Shown here: positions 24,001 to 34,159 of the stretch, piece after piece | Layout of the letters: every line of letters starts with the position of its first letter | How positions within the stretch are numbered: the first letter of the stretch is position 1 | Source: Malacoraja senta | Lineage: Eukaryota | Direction: 5' to 3' | NCBI GenBank assembly: GCA_038087875.1 | Contig: JAXLNO010000320.1 | Span: 310,001-366,129, forward strand | Length of the DNA: 56,129 nt | The notes under the pieces: generated by a model | Told to the model about the DNA's origin: nothing | The model's database searches: none | Seen by the model: the letters and a program-made list of their open reading frames with translations, nothing else | Position numbers and translations under genes: made by a program

Positions 24001-27000
24001 CTGTTGCAACACCTTTGGACTTCATCTCTGTCAGGCACTGGCCGACTGTGGAGGGCACACAAACACTTAGAGTGAGCATACCCCCCCCCCCCATTCCCTT
24101 GCCTCAAATCTTCAGCACCACCCTCAAGGTTCCACTGCACCACTCCACACGAACCAGGCTCGGGCGAGCATGGGGAGTTCACACCATCTGTCTGGACAAC
24201 ATGTAAACAAAGCTCTTCACCGTACTCTGTACACGTGACCATAATAAATCTAAACCACCATTCATCAGGATCTTCCACCTCAGCTTCACCCCACCTCTCT
24301 CTTTTCCCATAATGTCCCAAAACCTATCAACCCAATGTGTTTGTGTGTCTGTGTCAGCTGGGCAACACTCTCCTTGCATCCACTCTGCAAGAGGTTTGTA
24401 AGTTTCAAGACGGTCTCTTCTTGTAAACTCTGGAGAACACGGGTCCAGTCTACTCTTCACTGTACTGCCTCTAGGCAAGTACATCCTGTCTCAAGTAAGG
24501 AGACTAAAGCTGCATGCAGTACTCCAGGTGCAGAACAGTACAGCACAGGAACAGGCCCTTCAACCCACAATATCTGTGCCGAACATGATGCCAAGATAAA
24601 CTAATCTCCTCTGCCTGCACGTGATTCATATCACTCTATGCGTCTATTTAAAAGCTTCTTAAATGCCACTATCATATTTGCCTCCACCATACCCACTGGC
24701 AGCACGTTCCAGGTACCCACAACTCCTGTATAAAGCAAACTTGCCCCGCACATCTCCTTTAAACTTTGTTTTAGCTTTTCTCAGTGACTTTGTCCACAAT
24801 AACACCCAGGCCCATGCACAAAATGTACCCTGCTTCGTTATGTTGTGAACCAACGTTGATGACTCTGGTTTGAAAGCAGTGACAGGATCGGTCAAAGTCA
24901 GCATGGATTTATGATGAGGAAATCATGCTTGACTAATCTTCTGGAATTTTTTGAGGATATAACAAGTAGAATGGATAATGGAGAGCCAGTGGATGTGGTG
25001 TATCTGGACTTTCAAAAAGCCGTTGACAAGGTCCTATACAGAGATTAGTGTGCAAAATTAGAGCACATAGTATTGGGGGTAGGGTATTGACATGGATAGA
25101 GAACTGGTTGGCAGACAGGAAGCAAAGAGTAAGAATTAACAGGTCCTTTTCAGAATGGCATGCAGTGACTTGTGGGGTGCTGCAAGGCTCGATGCTGGGA
25201 CCTCAGTTATTTACAATATATATTAACGATTTAGACGGGGGAATTAAATGTAATATCTCCAAGTTTGCGGATGACACAAAGCTGGGTGGCAGTGTGAGCT
25301 GCGAGGAGGATGCTATGAGGCTGCAGGGTGACTTGGATAGGTTGGGTGAGTGGGCAGAAGCATGGCACATGTAGTATAATGTGGATAAATGTGAGGTTAT
25401 CCACTCCTGGTGGCAAGAACAGGAAGGCAGATTATTATCTGAATGGTATCAGATTAGGAAAAGGGGAGGTGCAACGAGATCTGGGTGTGCCTGTACATCA
25501 GTCACTGGAAGTAAGCATGCAGGTACAGCAGGAAGTGAAGAAAGCTAATTCCCCTTCATTGCGAGAGGATTTGAGTTTTGAGTTTAGGAGCAAGGAAGTC
25601 CTACTGCAGTTGTACAGGGTCCTGGTGAGACCGCACCTGGAGTATTGTGTGCAATTTTGGTCTTCTAATTTGAGTAAGCGCATTATTGCTATTGAGGGAA
25701 AGCAACGTAGGTTCACCAGGTTAATTCCCGGGATGACGGGACTGACATATGATGAAAGAATGGGTCGACTGGGCTTGTATTCACTGGAATTTAGGATGAG
25801 AGGGGATCTTATAGAAACATATAAAATTCTTAAAGGATTGAACAGGCTAGATGCAGGAAATTGTTCCCGATGTTGGGGGAGTCCAGAACCACGGGTCATT
25901 GTTTAGGAATAAGGGGGAGGCCATTTAGGATTGAGATGAGGAAAAACTTTTTCACCCAGAGAGTTGTGAATCTGTGGAATTCTCCACCACAGAAGGCAGT
26001 GGAGGCCAATTCGCTGGATGCTTTCAAGAGAGAGTTAGATTTAGCTCTTAGGGCTAAAGGAATCAAGGGACTTGGGGAAAAAGCATGAACGGGGTACTGA
26101 TTTTAGATGATCAGCCATGATCATATTGAATGGCGGTGCTGGCTCGAAGGGCCGAATGGCCTACTCCCGCACCTATTTTTCTATGTTCTATGTTTCTATG
26201 ACTGCAATTTTCCGCATTGTACATTTTCCACTGCCATGATGTTGCTCACTCATTCAGCGGCTTTCTATCCCACTGACTCCTTTGCATCAGCTTCACTCAC
26301 ATCAGCAAACCTGGCCCCTTCAGACTAAAGGTTTGTGTAGGAGGTGAACAACTGGGTCCCAGGCACTGATCCCCAGGTTCCCTTTGTTGCAGCCAGCCGG
26401 AGGGAATTGTTTTACTCCCACTCTGCTGGAGCTGGATCTCTTGGTGGGACTGAACCTCACCTTGTGTTAGTGCAGCGTCTGTTGCGGACACTTCAAAACA
26501 TCGCAGAACATTGTCACCCTGCGGGGAAGGAGAGAAATCATCAGGTTCAGCTCAGACGCGTGCACACGCACACACCACAGATGCATATGCATACAAACAC
26601 AGACGCACACACACACGCGTACAAACAGATACATACACATACAAACACAGATGGGTACAAACACAGATACATATACATACACATAGATACACATACATAC
26701 ACAGATGCACACATGCATACACATAGTTACACTTACACACCCAGATGCATGCAGACGTAGAGGCGCAAACACACAGGCACATACACACAGATTCACGCAC
26801 ACACGGATACACCCATACATAGACACAGATGCTCTAAGCACACGGACTAGCACACACAGATAGGCATGCACACACATGCGATCATGCACACACATGCAGA
26901 TACTTGCGCACACACAAAGATATACACAGAAATGCCCACACTCACAGATGCCCCTACACACACACAAATACACACACAGCACAACTGTCATGTCTATTTG

Positions 27001-28033
27001 CCCTGCAGTGAAGAGCTCCCAGACCTAGATCCTCTGGTCCCTGACGCTTCCAAGCTCCCCCTCCTGTTCACAGGCAGTAGGACAAGCTGAGCCGGTGGCT
27101 GTGGCTGGGGTTCAGTGGCCATTCCAAAGCTTGAGCATCAAACCTCTGTCAGAGTCCTGTGGGGTACTTCATGAATGGCCCGTCTAACAGGGAGGCCAGA
27201 CTCAGCCGGTGAACGACGGGCCATTCATGAAGTTCTGTACCGCACGGGACTCTGACAGAGGTTTGGTGCTCAAGCTTTGGAATGGCCACTGAATCCATGG
27301 CCTTGTGTTGGAAAAAGGCGATCTAGCCCCACGGTCACGCTAAGCAGTTTAATTTGTGCGTCTGTAATCTGCATTCTGGATATTGACTATTTCCACCAAT
27401 TCCCACACCTCCATCATCTGAACTTAGGGTGTGGAACAACTGGGACGTTACAGTTAATACGGAAACCTGGCTAAGGGAAGGACATGTCTTGCAGCTTAAT
27501 GCTCAGGGTCCAGGTATTACAGGTGGGATAAGAGAGGAGGGAGACTTATATTGATTAAGGACACCATCACTGCAGTGGTCCTAACATTATTGATGGTTCA
27601 TCCAGTGAAACGATATGGGGAAGCTGAGAAAGGGATGATCATCTAGTTGGGAGTGTAGTGTCGGCCCCCAAATAGTCAATGCAAATTAGAGAACAAATAT
27701 GCCGGGAGATTGCAAGCAGCTATAATAGGGTTGTTGTAGTGCGGGATTTTACTGTCACACTGCATTCCAGACATTATCCATTCCCACCAATTTCCGCACC
27801 TCCGTCATCTCTCCTCCTGTGTCACAAGTGAAAACCCCTGCTAAAACATTCACTCCAACCGGATCCTGCCTCACCCAGGGCCGGAGGGATCTGCTTCGCA
27901 GAGCACCGCATGGGTTTGGAGTTTGTATCTATGTGAGAAAGTGAGTGAGTAAATTAAGATCAGATCATCACTGCTCACCTTTCCGGCTAGGATCAGCAAC
28001 CCGGAGTCAGCGTCGTACAGTGGGATGAGTGAG
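6061..28033 (-). CDS. CORO7: Coronin-7, 3' portion (19 coding exons, apparently equivalent to human exons 10-28); 5' exons not found in the window
   Basis: Spliced translation gives coronin motifs (LIPLYDADSGLLILAGKGD, PRK..EFHADLFPDT, SKFRH, WD40 GH..WD/IW repeats, KDFFQDDIFPDT) and the acidic C-terminus FEGVDEEEWDD*. All exons are flanked by AG/GT and phases match except at two single-base breaks. Confidence 0.96.
7673..7759 (-). CDS. CORO7: CORO7 exon (LLSAMVLKLGNLDEPLPQDSFEGVDEEEW), 87 nt
   Basis: cag/gtaagt; conserved acidic C-terminal motif. Confidence 0.96.
8047..9099 (-). mobile_element. Rex1/Babar-type LINE, 5'-truncated
   Basis: RT motifs PQGCVLSPLLYSLYT and IIKFADDTTVVG; C-terminal RFRNSFFPTAIRLLN; (CTTGAAT)n tail; 7-bp TSD GACACAT (8040-46, 9100-06). 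Confidence 0.88.
10743..10834 (-). CDS. CORO7: CORO7 exon (VSAAPKEAPVRKYQPSSFYLEEKTDEEKKEE), 92 nt
   Basis: cag/gtaata; phase 1 to 0. Confidence 0.93.
11295..11540 (-). mobile_element. L2-like LINE 3' end
   Basis: (TTGAC)n tail and tgtaaagcactttg...aaatgtgctatagaaataaa on the minus strand. Confidence 0.6.
11719..11854 (-). CDS. CORO7: CORO7 exon (KDFFQDDIFPDT...DNMTP), 136 nt
   Basis: cag/gtacct; FQDDIFPDT motif. Confidence 0.95.
12230..12346 (-). CDS. CORO7: CORO7 exon (GLCFLPKTVCNVREVEI...FKVPRVK), 117 nt
   Basis: cag/gtgaga; coronin FLPK..C.V...E and VPR motifs. Confidence 0.95.
12466..12555 (-). CDS. CORO7: CORO7 exon (GDTRVHVFEV...ANPHK), 90 nt
   Basis: cag/gtaggt. Confidence 0.93.
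13169..13310 (-). CDS. CORO7: CORO7 exon (SRSERQIYLY...PSTLIPFYDEDTNTLYLTGK), 142 nt
   Basis: cag/gtcagt; coronin PFYD.D...TGKGD motif. Confidence 0.95.
13311..13617. repeat. Minisatellite (about 57-bp unit with partial units) abutting a CORO7 splice acceptor
   Basis: Repeated cacagagca(c/t)tgagcatcaggccaagccc..cctggatccacacacatc. Confidence 0.9.
13735..14160. other. Assembly gap
   Basis: Run of N inside a CORO7 intron; exon phases on both sides are compatible, so no exon needs to be missing. Confidence 0.99.
14184..14270 (-). CDS. CORO7: CORO7 exon (EGPGPAGSRGARILWV...LVSGFS) with an apparent extra G near its 5' end
   Basis: cag/gtgagc; 87 nt but 86 needed; the conserved frame appears after removing one G from GAAGGGA. 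Confidence 0.85.
14396..14500 (-). CDS. CORO7: CORO7 exon (IFSLSWSHDGQHLATVSKDGQVRVYDPRRSVDPLQ), 105 nt
   Basis: cag/gtgacg; WD40 repeat. Confidence 0.95.
15118..15260 (-). CDS. CORO7: CORO7 exon (GHSEKIYSIRFHPLASD...GHTDQ), 143 nt
   Basis: cag/gtacag; WD40 repeat. Confidence 0.95.
15439..15525 (-). CDS. CORO7: CORO7 exon (AGEDAKIRIWRVP...ILQG), 87 nt
   Basis: cag/gtgag; WD40 repeat. Confidence 0.94.
16396..16504 (-). CDS. CORO7: CORO7 exon (LSKPGRLPD...WDPFDCQRLAV), 109 nt
   Basis: tag/gtactg; PGRLPD and WDPFD motifs. Confidence 0.94.
16968..16995 (+). ncRNA. Minimal hammerhead-ribozyme motif (Penelope pLTR type)
   Basis: CTGATGA-A-GGG(acctga)CCC-GAAA-CG-TC: complete catalytic core with GUC triplet and palindromic ACGT stem III. 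Confidence 0.65.
17395..17860 (+). mobile_element. CR1-type LINE 3' fragment
   Basis: ERVQRIF, RLRGDLTEVHKIMRG; tail ggccaaagggcctgtttc. Confidence 0.8.
17881..18056 (-). CDS. CORO7: CORO7 exon (GTNSKFRHIQG...GGQIAVLE), 176 nt
   Basis: cag/gtgatc; SKFRH motif that starts the second coronin unit. Confidence 0.95.
19206..19340 (-). CDS. CORO7: CORO7 Ser-rich linker exon with a 1-nt frame break (VHSGQISSSSSNGSLTSPS.../QSQKSLHNFLG)
   Basis: cag/gtgag; 135 nt but the next exon needs phase 1; the conserved N- and C-parts are in different frames. Confidence 0.8.
19655..19915 (-). mobile_element. tRNA-derived V-SINE (HE1-like)
   Basis: B-box-like GGTTCGATCC, V-domain GGTTTCCTCCCAC..AAAGAC, CR1-like tail. 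Confidence 0.8.
20008..20290 (-). mobile_element. V-SINE (HE1-like)
   Basis: GGTGCTCCGGTTTCCTC core and shared tail. Confidence 0.8.
20665..20820 (-). CDS. CORO7: CORO7 linker exon (VPRVSLAPG...WGAGDT), 156 nt
   Basis: tag/gtaagc; VSL.P motif; phase 0-0. Confidence 0.85.
21338..21433 (-). CDS. CORO7: CORO7 exon (SLQEFHADLFPDTPGKVPAMSALDWFNGSNKQ), 96 nt
   Basis: tag/gtcagt; coronin DLFPDT..W motif. Confidence 0.92.
22000..23201. mobile_element. Tc2/pogo-like non-autonomous element nested in the hAT element
   Basis: TA TSDs (21998-99, 23202-03); TIR CCGTATTTCCC(A/G)GCAATGAA. Confidence 0.85.
22232..22923. repeat. About 690-bp GC-rich imperfect palindrome
   Basis: Arms are reverse complements around a loop of about 28 nt near 22550-22578; the ORF track shows mirrored peptides on both strands. 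Confidence 0.92.
23900..24045 (-). CDS. CORO7: CORO7 exon (VGQCLTEMKSKG...PISYRVPRK), 146 nt
   Basis: cag/gtaact; coronin VPRK motif; lies within ORF 23723..24094. Confidence 0.94.
24855..26200 (+). mobile_element. CR1/HER1-type LINE 3' part (RT to tail)
   Basis: LDFQKA.D, QGSMLGPQLF, KFADDTKL, RPHLEYCVQFW motifs; 3' hairpin and (TTCTATG)n tail. Confidence 0.92.
26461..26518 (-). CDS. CORO7: CORO7 exon (GDNVLRCFEVSATDAALTQ), 58 nt
   Basis: ctccttccccgcag acceptor, gtgagg donor; phase 0 to 1 fits neighbours. Confidence 0.9.
26560..26990. repeat. CA-rich low-complexity repeat
   Basis: Degenerate (CA)n/(CATA)n. Confidence 0.9.
27108..27296. repeat. Inverted repeat, about 75-bp arms with a 30-nt loop
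   Basis: ttcagtggccattccaaagcttgagc...ggcccgtc / gacgggcc...gctcaagctttggaatggccactgaa. Confidence 0.93.
27979..28033 (-). CDS. CORO7: CORO7 exon (SLIPLYDADSGLLILAGK), 55 nt
   Basis: cag acceptor / gtgagc donor; coronin motif. Confidence 0.92.
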
Positions 28034-28324
28034 CTGGTGAAAGGGGAACACAGCACATCAGGACACTGTCCACAGCGGGAGCAAAGACCCAAAGAAAGGC
28101 CCACCCGCTGCGCAAATCACCGTGGGCTGGGTCTCAGTCAGAGATCACCAGCCGGTGGCAGAAGGAGATTAGAGGCCCCTTGTATCCACATCAGCTCGTC
28201 CACTCCCAAGCCCCCGCTCCCCAGTCAGATCCTTTCAGCACCCTTTTGTAAATTCCTCTCTGATTGATATAAACGGGGCTCTAAATTCTGGTCTCACACC
28301 TAGGAACAAAGGAGACTACAGAGG

Positions 28325-28545
28325 TACGGTACAGCTGGTAGAGCCACGGCCTCACGTTTGCACGTTCTACCTGTGACCGCATGGGTTTCCTCCAGGTGCT
28401 CTAATTTCCTCCCACATCCCAAAGACATGCAGGTTTGTAGGGCATGGAAAAGAAAGTGGGATAACATAGAACTAGTGTGAATGGGTGATCGATGGACTCA
28501 GTGAGCCAAAGGTGCTGTTCCCATGCTGTACCTCTAAACTAAACT
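28325..28545 (+). mobile_element. V-SINE (HE1-like), internally deleted
   Basis: gggtttcctccaggtgctctaatttcctcccacatcccaaagac core. Confidence 0.8.
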
Positions 28546-30164
28546 GCCTGATCCATCACAGATACTTACCATCGAAGGAATCTACAGGAAGTACTGCCTC
28601 AAAAAACCCAGCCAATGTTATCAAAGACCCACAGCATCCTGGCCATGCTCTCATCTCACTGCTACCATTGGAGAGAAGGTTCAGGAGCCAGAAAGGCATG
28701 ACCACCAGGTTCAAGAATAACTTCTTCCCTGCAACTACCAACCCTAACCTTCTCAACACTAACCTCAGCAACTATGATCTTGTATAGACTGTATCTTTGG
28801 TTGCACATGACTTCAGTTTTGCATTGTTATGATTATCTCGATGAGCATTGACGGAGGACAGGAAATGGGATGAGTTTAACGGGAGCGTGGGAAATGGGGC
28901 CCCAGCGAGTTTAAGGGAGTGCAGGGAATGGGGTGAGTTTAATGTGAGCGTGGGAAGCAGAACCTGTGGAGCCAGATACTGAACTATCACGATCTGTGAC
29001 TAATTGGATAGTGGATTACTGGAGTTTTAATGCAGAGATGAACTTTGTCACTGGGACTGTGTCAATCACAATATAGTCATACCATCACATCGGATGAGGA
29101 TACCAGCAGTATAAACTGATCGCAGTCAGAAGCAAAACACTGCAGCTTTTAGCTCGATTGAGTGCGGCGAACCAAGGCCGCTTGCTGAGGGCTTTAGATT
29201 AAAAGGACATCTCCTGTTACATCAGCGAGCGTGGCTCAGGCTGGTTCTCACAGAACACCACAACGCATTGTAAACAGTGCAGCCAGGGCTAGGGCAGACC
29301 CACCTCGTCTGCAATAACTCTCACTGCCACCAGGGGGTGGTTTGGTAACAGGGTACAGCAGCTACACACACACACAACCACACTGCACTGGCCCAGGCCA
29401 TTTGGCCCATCGTGTTCATCCCATCTCTGCCAGAGTAGCTGGTTTACACAGATCAGGAGATGCACAGAGAAAGAGGCTTTGGAGAGGATACAGGGGAGTT
29501 TCACCAGAATTGGGGGGAATCAGCTAGAACGAGAAGTTGAGCAAACTTGGATTGTTTTTCCTGGAACAACAGAGGCTGAGGGGAGGCCAGATTGAAGTAT
29601 ATAAAATTATGAGAGAAAGAACCTTTTTCTCAGGGAGCAATATCAAGGACTAAAGGGCATAGCAATGAGGTGAGAAAGGCAAAGTTTAAAAGAGATGTGC
29701 TGGGCAAGATTTTTTTTTACACAGTGGTGGGTGCCTGGAACGTGCTGCCAAAGGTGGTGGTAGAGACAGATACAATCATGGTATTTAAGAGACTTTTAGA
29801 TGGGCACATGGATATGCAGGGAATTGAGGGATATGGATCACGTACGGACAGAGGAGATTAGTTTAACCTGGCATCACGTTGGGCAAGGAACAGACATTGT
29901 GGGCCGAATGGCTTGTTCCTGTGCTCTTCGATGTTGATACAAGGGACTGCAAATGCAAAAAAAAGGAACAGTAGTGCTGGAGTACCTCAGCAGGTAAGGC
30001 AGCATCTCTGGAGAAAATGGATGGGATGGCGTATCAGATCTGAAGAAGGGTTCCAACCTGAAACTCTGCCTGTCCATGTTCTCCAGAGATGCTGCAGGGC
30101 CTGCTGAGTCACTCCAGCACTTTGTGTCTTTTTATACTGTTCTATGTTCTACATCAGATACTGG

Positions 30165-30470
30165 TGACTGGGGCTGTGGGAGCTGTGCGTTGTGTGTCGT
30201 GTGTGAATAAGTAGGGCAAGGGGGGCTGTGGGAGCTGAGTGTTGTGTGTTGTGTGTGAGAGCAGAGCGGGGCTGTGGGAGTTGTGTTGTGTGTGTGCTGG
30301 GCAGAGGGGAGGGAGGTTGTGGGAGCTGTGTTATATGTGAGCGCAGGGCAGAGAGAGGGGGGAGCTGTGTTGTGTGTGAGGGTTGTGTCTTGGGTGGGAG
30401 TGCAGGGCAGAGGGGCTGTGGAAGCTGTGTTATGTGTGAACGCAGAGGGGGGTAGTGGGGAAGCTGTGAG
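30165..30470. repeat. G/T-rich degenerate minisatellite
   Basis: Repeated ggctgtgggagctgtgttgtgtgtg. Confidence 0.85.
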
Positions 30471-31239
30471 GTCCCACGCTGGATGTCTCTCTACGCTGTT
30501 TCTGATGCTTATTCTCAGCTGTGTCACTGTCCAGTGTCGGAGCTCCTTGCTCCTCACACTTGTAGTCCTGCACAGTCACGCAGGCTACAGCCTTACATTC
30601 TCTCCCTCCCCTCCTCCCCGCACAAACCAACAGTTCCCACACAACATATTTACATACTGAGCCTGAATTCTTCCCACACTGACAGCCACACACGGACCTG
30701 GCAACGTCCCAGCCTGAGACTCAACCCGAACAAATGTCAGCCTCTGCTCTGCACGCCCCCTCTCCCAGCCTCAGTGCGGGGACGAGGCAGCCGAGGCTTC
30801 AGAGTAGGCCCGGCCCCCAGGGAGTGAACCTCAACACTGGTCATTATCACTGCCTTAGAGCCGCACATGTCAGGCAAGAACGCAGAGATTAACACAGCAA
30901 CGTGGGAGAGCTGATCCCATCTCCCACAGTAAGGACAGACCCAGGGGGTGGGTGGGAGCTCTCTGTACATCAGTGTCCTTGAGGTGCTGCAAATGCCCAA
31001 GCAGAACCTGACTTTCCAAAGTGCATTACCTCACATTAGATTCCAACTGCCACTGTCCAACTGATCCATATCCCAATATATCCTGACAACCTTCATGATC
31101 TACGACTCCTCCATTCTGTATGACATCTAAAAACACTGATCAGATCACCTGCATTCTTACTCCAAGAATTTATAGATATAACCCACAGTGAAGGCCCCAG
31201 CACTGATCCTTGCGGCACTGCTCAGAACTGATTGACTGA

Positions 31240-31500
31240 AAGATACAACAGGGAATCAGACCCTTTGGCCCATGCCGACCATCAATCACCCATCACATTA
31301 GTTCTTTGTTATCCCACTTTCTCATCCACTCCCTACACAGTAGGGGCAATTAACCTACAAACCCGCAGATCTTTAGGATGTGGGAGGAAACCCACGCGGT
31401 CACAGCGAGAACGTGCAAATTCCACACATTCAGCACCCTAGGTCAGGATCAAACCCAGGTCTCTGGCGGTGTGAGGCAGCGGCTCTACCTGCTGTGCCAC
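31240..31500 (-). mobile_element. V-SINE (HE1-like)
   Basis: V-domain and tRNA-like head on the minus strand. Confidence 0.75.
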
Positions 31501-32596
31501 CCTGCTGAGGTTCTCTCACTGAGTGGCTTTGAATGGGCCTGTGTTAGTGTCTGTGAGGCCCGGGAGTCTGAGCCGCATAGACTAACAGAACAAGTCCCAG
31601 TTCCACATCAGCAGCGGAGAAACCCTCACCCTGGGCAGCGCTGACGTCAGTGTGTTTTCGTCCAGCTGGCCTGGAGGTTTTGGCACCAGCGGCCTGTCCT
31701 AGGGGCTGTTTTGATGATCAGTGCCAGAAACCACTTATAATTAACAATAAAAGGAGCTTTGTAAAGTCCTTGAGAATTTTAATTTGCACTTTTGGTACAA
31801 ATAAATGCCGTGGGCTGGGAACAGAGGGACTGTCAGATGCGGTGCCAGATAATCTCTCCCGAGTGCGTGCGCAGGGTGGAGCCTCAGCCTGTTGCTATCA
31901 GCTGTAGCATGGGATGCCCAGAACCCACGCCCTGGAACCTCGGGACCCACCGTCCGGCCCGGAACGGCAATCTGCACCCACCTGCGGAAAAACAGCAACC
32001 GGCCATTCAGCCCTTCAATCCCCTGCCACTACAACATTGGGCATGTACAATAACAACATTTCTGAGACATTTGGACAGGTGCATGGATAAGAAAGGTTTA
32101 AAGGGCTATGGACCAAACACGGGTAATTGGGACTAGCTTAGATGGGGTATATTGGTCGGCATGGGCAAGTTGGGTTGAGGGGCCTGTTTCCATGCTGTAT
32201 GATGATGACATACTCATTCTGAGATTGGGCCCATTGGGTCCTCGCTGTCAACTGGACAACACTCTCTTTCAATCCACCATGCTAGATGTTTGTAAAGCTA
32301 GGCCTAGAAAGGCCTGGATGGAGTGGATGTGCAGAGGATGTTTCCACTTGTGGGAGAATCTAGGATCAGAGGGTACAGCTTCAAAAGGATGTACCTTTAG
32401 AAAGGAAATGAGGAGGAATTTCTTCAGCCTGAGTGTGGTGAATCTGTGAAATTCATTGCCACTGACGGCAGTGGAGACCAAGTCGTGGGATATTTTCAAA
32501 ATAGAGATTGATAGGTTCTTGATTAGTAAGAGTGTCAAAGATTACCGGGAGAAGAAAGGAGAATGGGGTTGAGAAGGAAAATTAGATCAACCATGA

Positions 32597-33006
32597 AATT
32601 CAGCGGGGGGGGGGGGGGGGGGGGACGACACGCCCCCCTGCTTTGAGAGGTGGGGGACGGATTTTGTAATCCGGACTTTATCAGCCGCTTTCTAAGGTCT
32701 GAATCGGCCCATTCGCGGGGCCTTGCAGCGTCCGGCGCGGATTAAAATCAAGCGATCGAGGCTCCCGATGTTGAAGCCCCGCCGGCCGATGAAAGACCCC
32801 ATGAACGGGCTAATTCAAGCCCCGCGATTCGGGGCGGACGAAGCTGCTGTTGCTGGAGTTCGGAGTCGGTCACCAACCAGGTCAGCACCCGATGTTACCG
32901 TCCACAGGGCCCACGGCCGAAGCCTCGCGTGGGTGTGTGTGTGCATGCGCGCGGCCGCCAAAAAAATTGTGCCCCCCGCATGTTTTCTTAGCGTTTTCTG
33001 TGCCTG
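32597..33006. mobile_element. GC-rich non-autonomous DNA element (hAT-like) inserted in a CR1 3' end
   Basis: Interrupts the CR1 tail with ACCATGA duplicated (32590-96, 33007-13); right end ...GTGCCTG; left end looks truncated. Confidence 0.6.
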
Positions 33007-33234
33007 ACCATGATCGAATAGCGGAGCAGACTCGATGGGCTGAATGACCTAATGCTGCTCCAATGGCTTATGATCTACATTTCAAGACAATCTCTTCTTG
33101 TAAACTCTGGAAGACACGGGTCGAGTCTACTCTTCACTGCACTCCCTCTTGGCAAGTACATCCTGTCTCGTAAGGAGACTAAAACTGCACAGGTGCAGAA
33201 CAGTACTGCATAGGAACAGGCCCTTCGGCCCACA

Positions 33235-33326
33235 TTTACAGTGAGGTACAGGTACATTGAGTACAGGTAGAGTGAGTACAGGTAGTGAGCACAGGTAGAG
33301 TGAGTACAGGTAGAGTGAGTACAGGT
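33235..33326. repeat. 15-bp tandem repeat
   Basis: (gagtgagtacaggta)n. Confidence 0.85.
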
Positions 33327-33599
33327 ATGGCGAGGAACAGTGAAAGTCTTACTTGCAGCAGCATCACAGGCACGTAGACTCAGACAACACATAAAAACAA
33401 ATAACACATGAATGATACATAAAATGACTCAAAGAAGGAAGGCAGTGCAAAAAACAAGACATTTGTGCAAAAACCAAAACCCAAGTCTTGTGCAGGGCCA
33501 GAGGTGTCGAGGTGAAGTTGAGGTTGTGTGTGTTGGCCTCCCCGGGTGGAGAAAGTACAAAACATCACCAACCAGACGATCAGGCAGAACTAATCTAGA

Positions 33600-33880
33600 C
33601 GGGTGCTGCAGCTGGTAGTGCTGCTGCCTCACAGTGCCAGAGACGGGTTTCCTCACCTCAGGTGCTGTCTGTGTGGAATTCTTCCTGTGACGGAGTGGGT
33701 TCCTCCCACATCCCATGCGGGTTTGTTGGTTAAATGGCCTCTGTAAATTGCCCCCAGTGTGCAGGGAGTGGATGAGAAAGTGGGATAACATAGAACCAGG
33801 TTGAATGGGCGATCGATAGTCGGCATGGACTCGGTAGGCCGAAGGGCCTGTTTCCATGCTGTATCTCTGAACTAAACTAA
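33600..33880 (+). mobile_element. V-SINE (HE1-like)
   Basis: Head, V-domain remnant and tail ending in (CTAAA). Confidence 0.78.
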
Positions 33881-34159
33881 TCTATTTGTTGAGAAAACAG
33901 GATGGTGGAGCTGGAGGCGTTAGCTGGCTGCTCTCCAGAGATCAGTGGGGAGGGAGAGGGTGCTTGACAGTTTTCCAACAGCAAGCCATGGATCAGTGTT
34001 GTTGCAGACTCAGAGAGTCAGCGAACAACCCAGCGCAGAAGGCCACTCAACTGCCCGACATACCCAGTCAGGCCCACTCCTGCCTCCCCCAGATCTGTGA
34101 ATACTTTTCTGTCAAGGCAATACTGAACGGGTTCCCTGTTGACTACCATGTCCCGGTCT

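Noticed and set aside
30480-30590. Possible preceding CORO7 exon (RSKELRHW resembling REREVKLW)
   Set aside because: Weak similarity, no suitable phase-2 donor, and it runs into low-complexity sequence.
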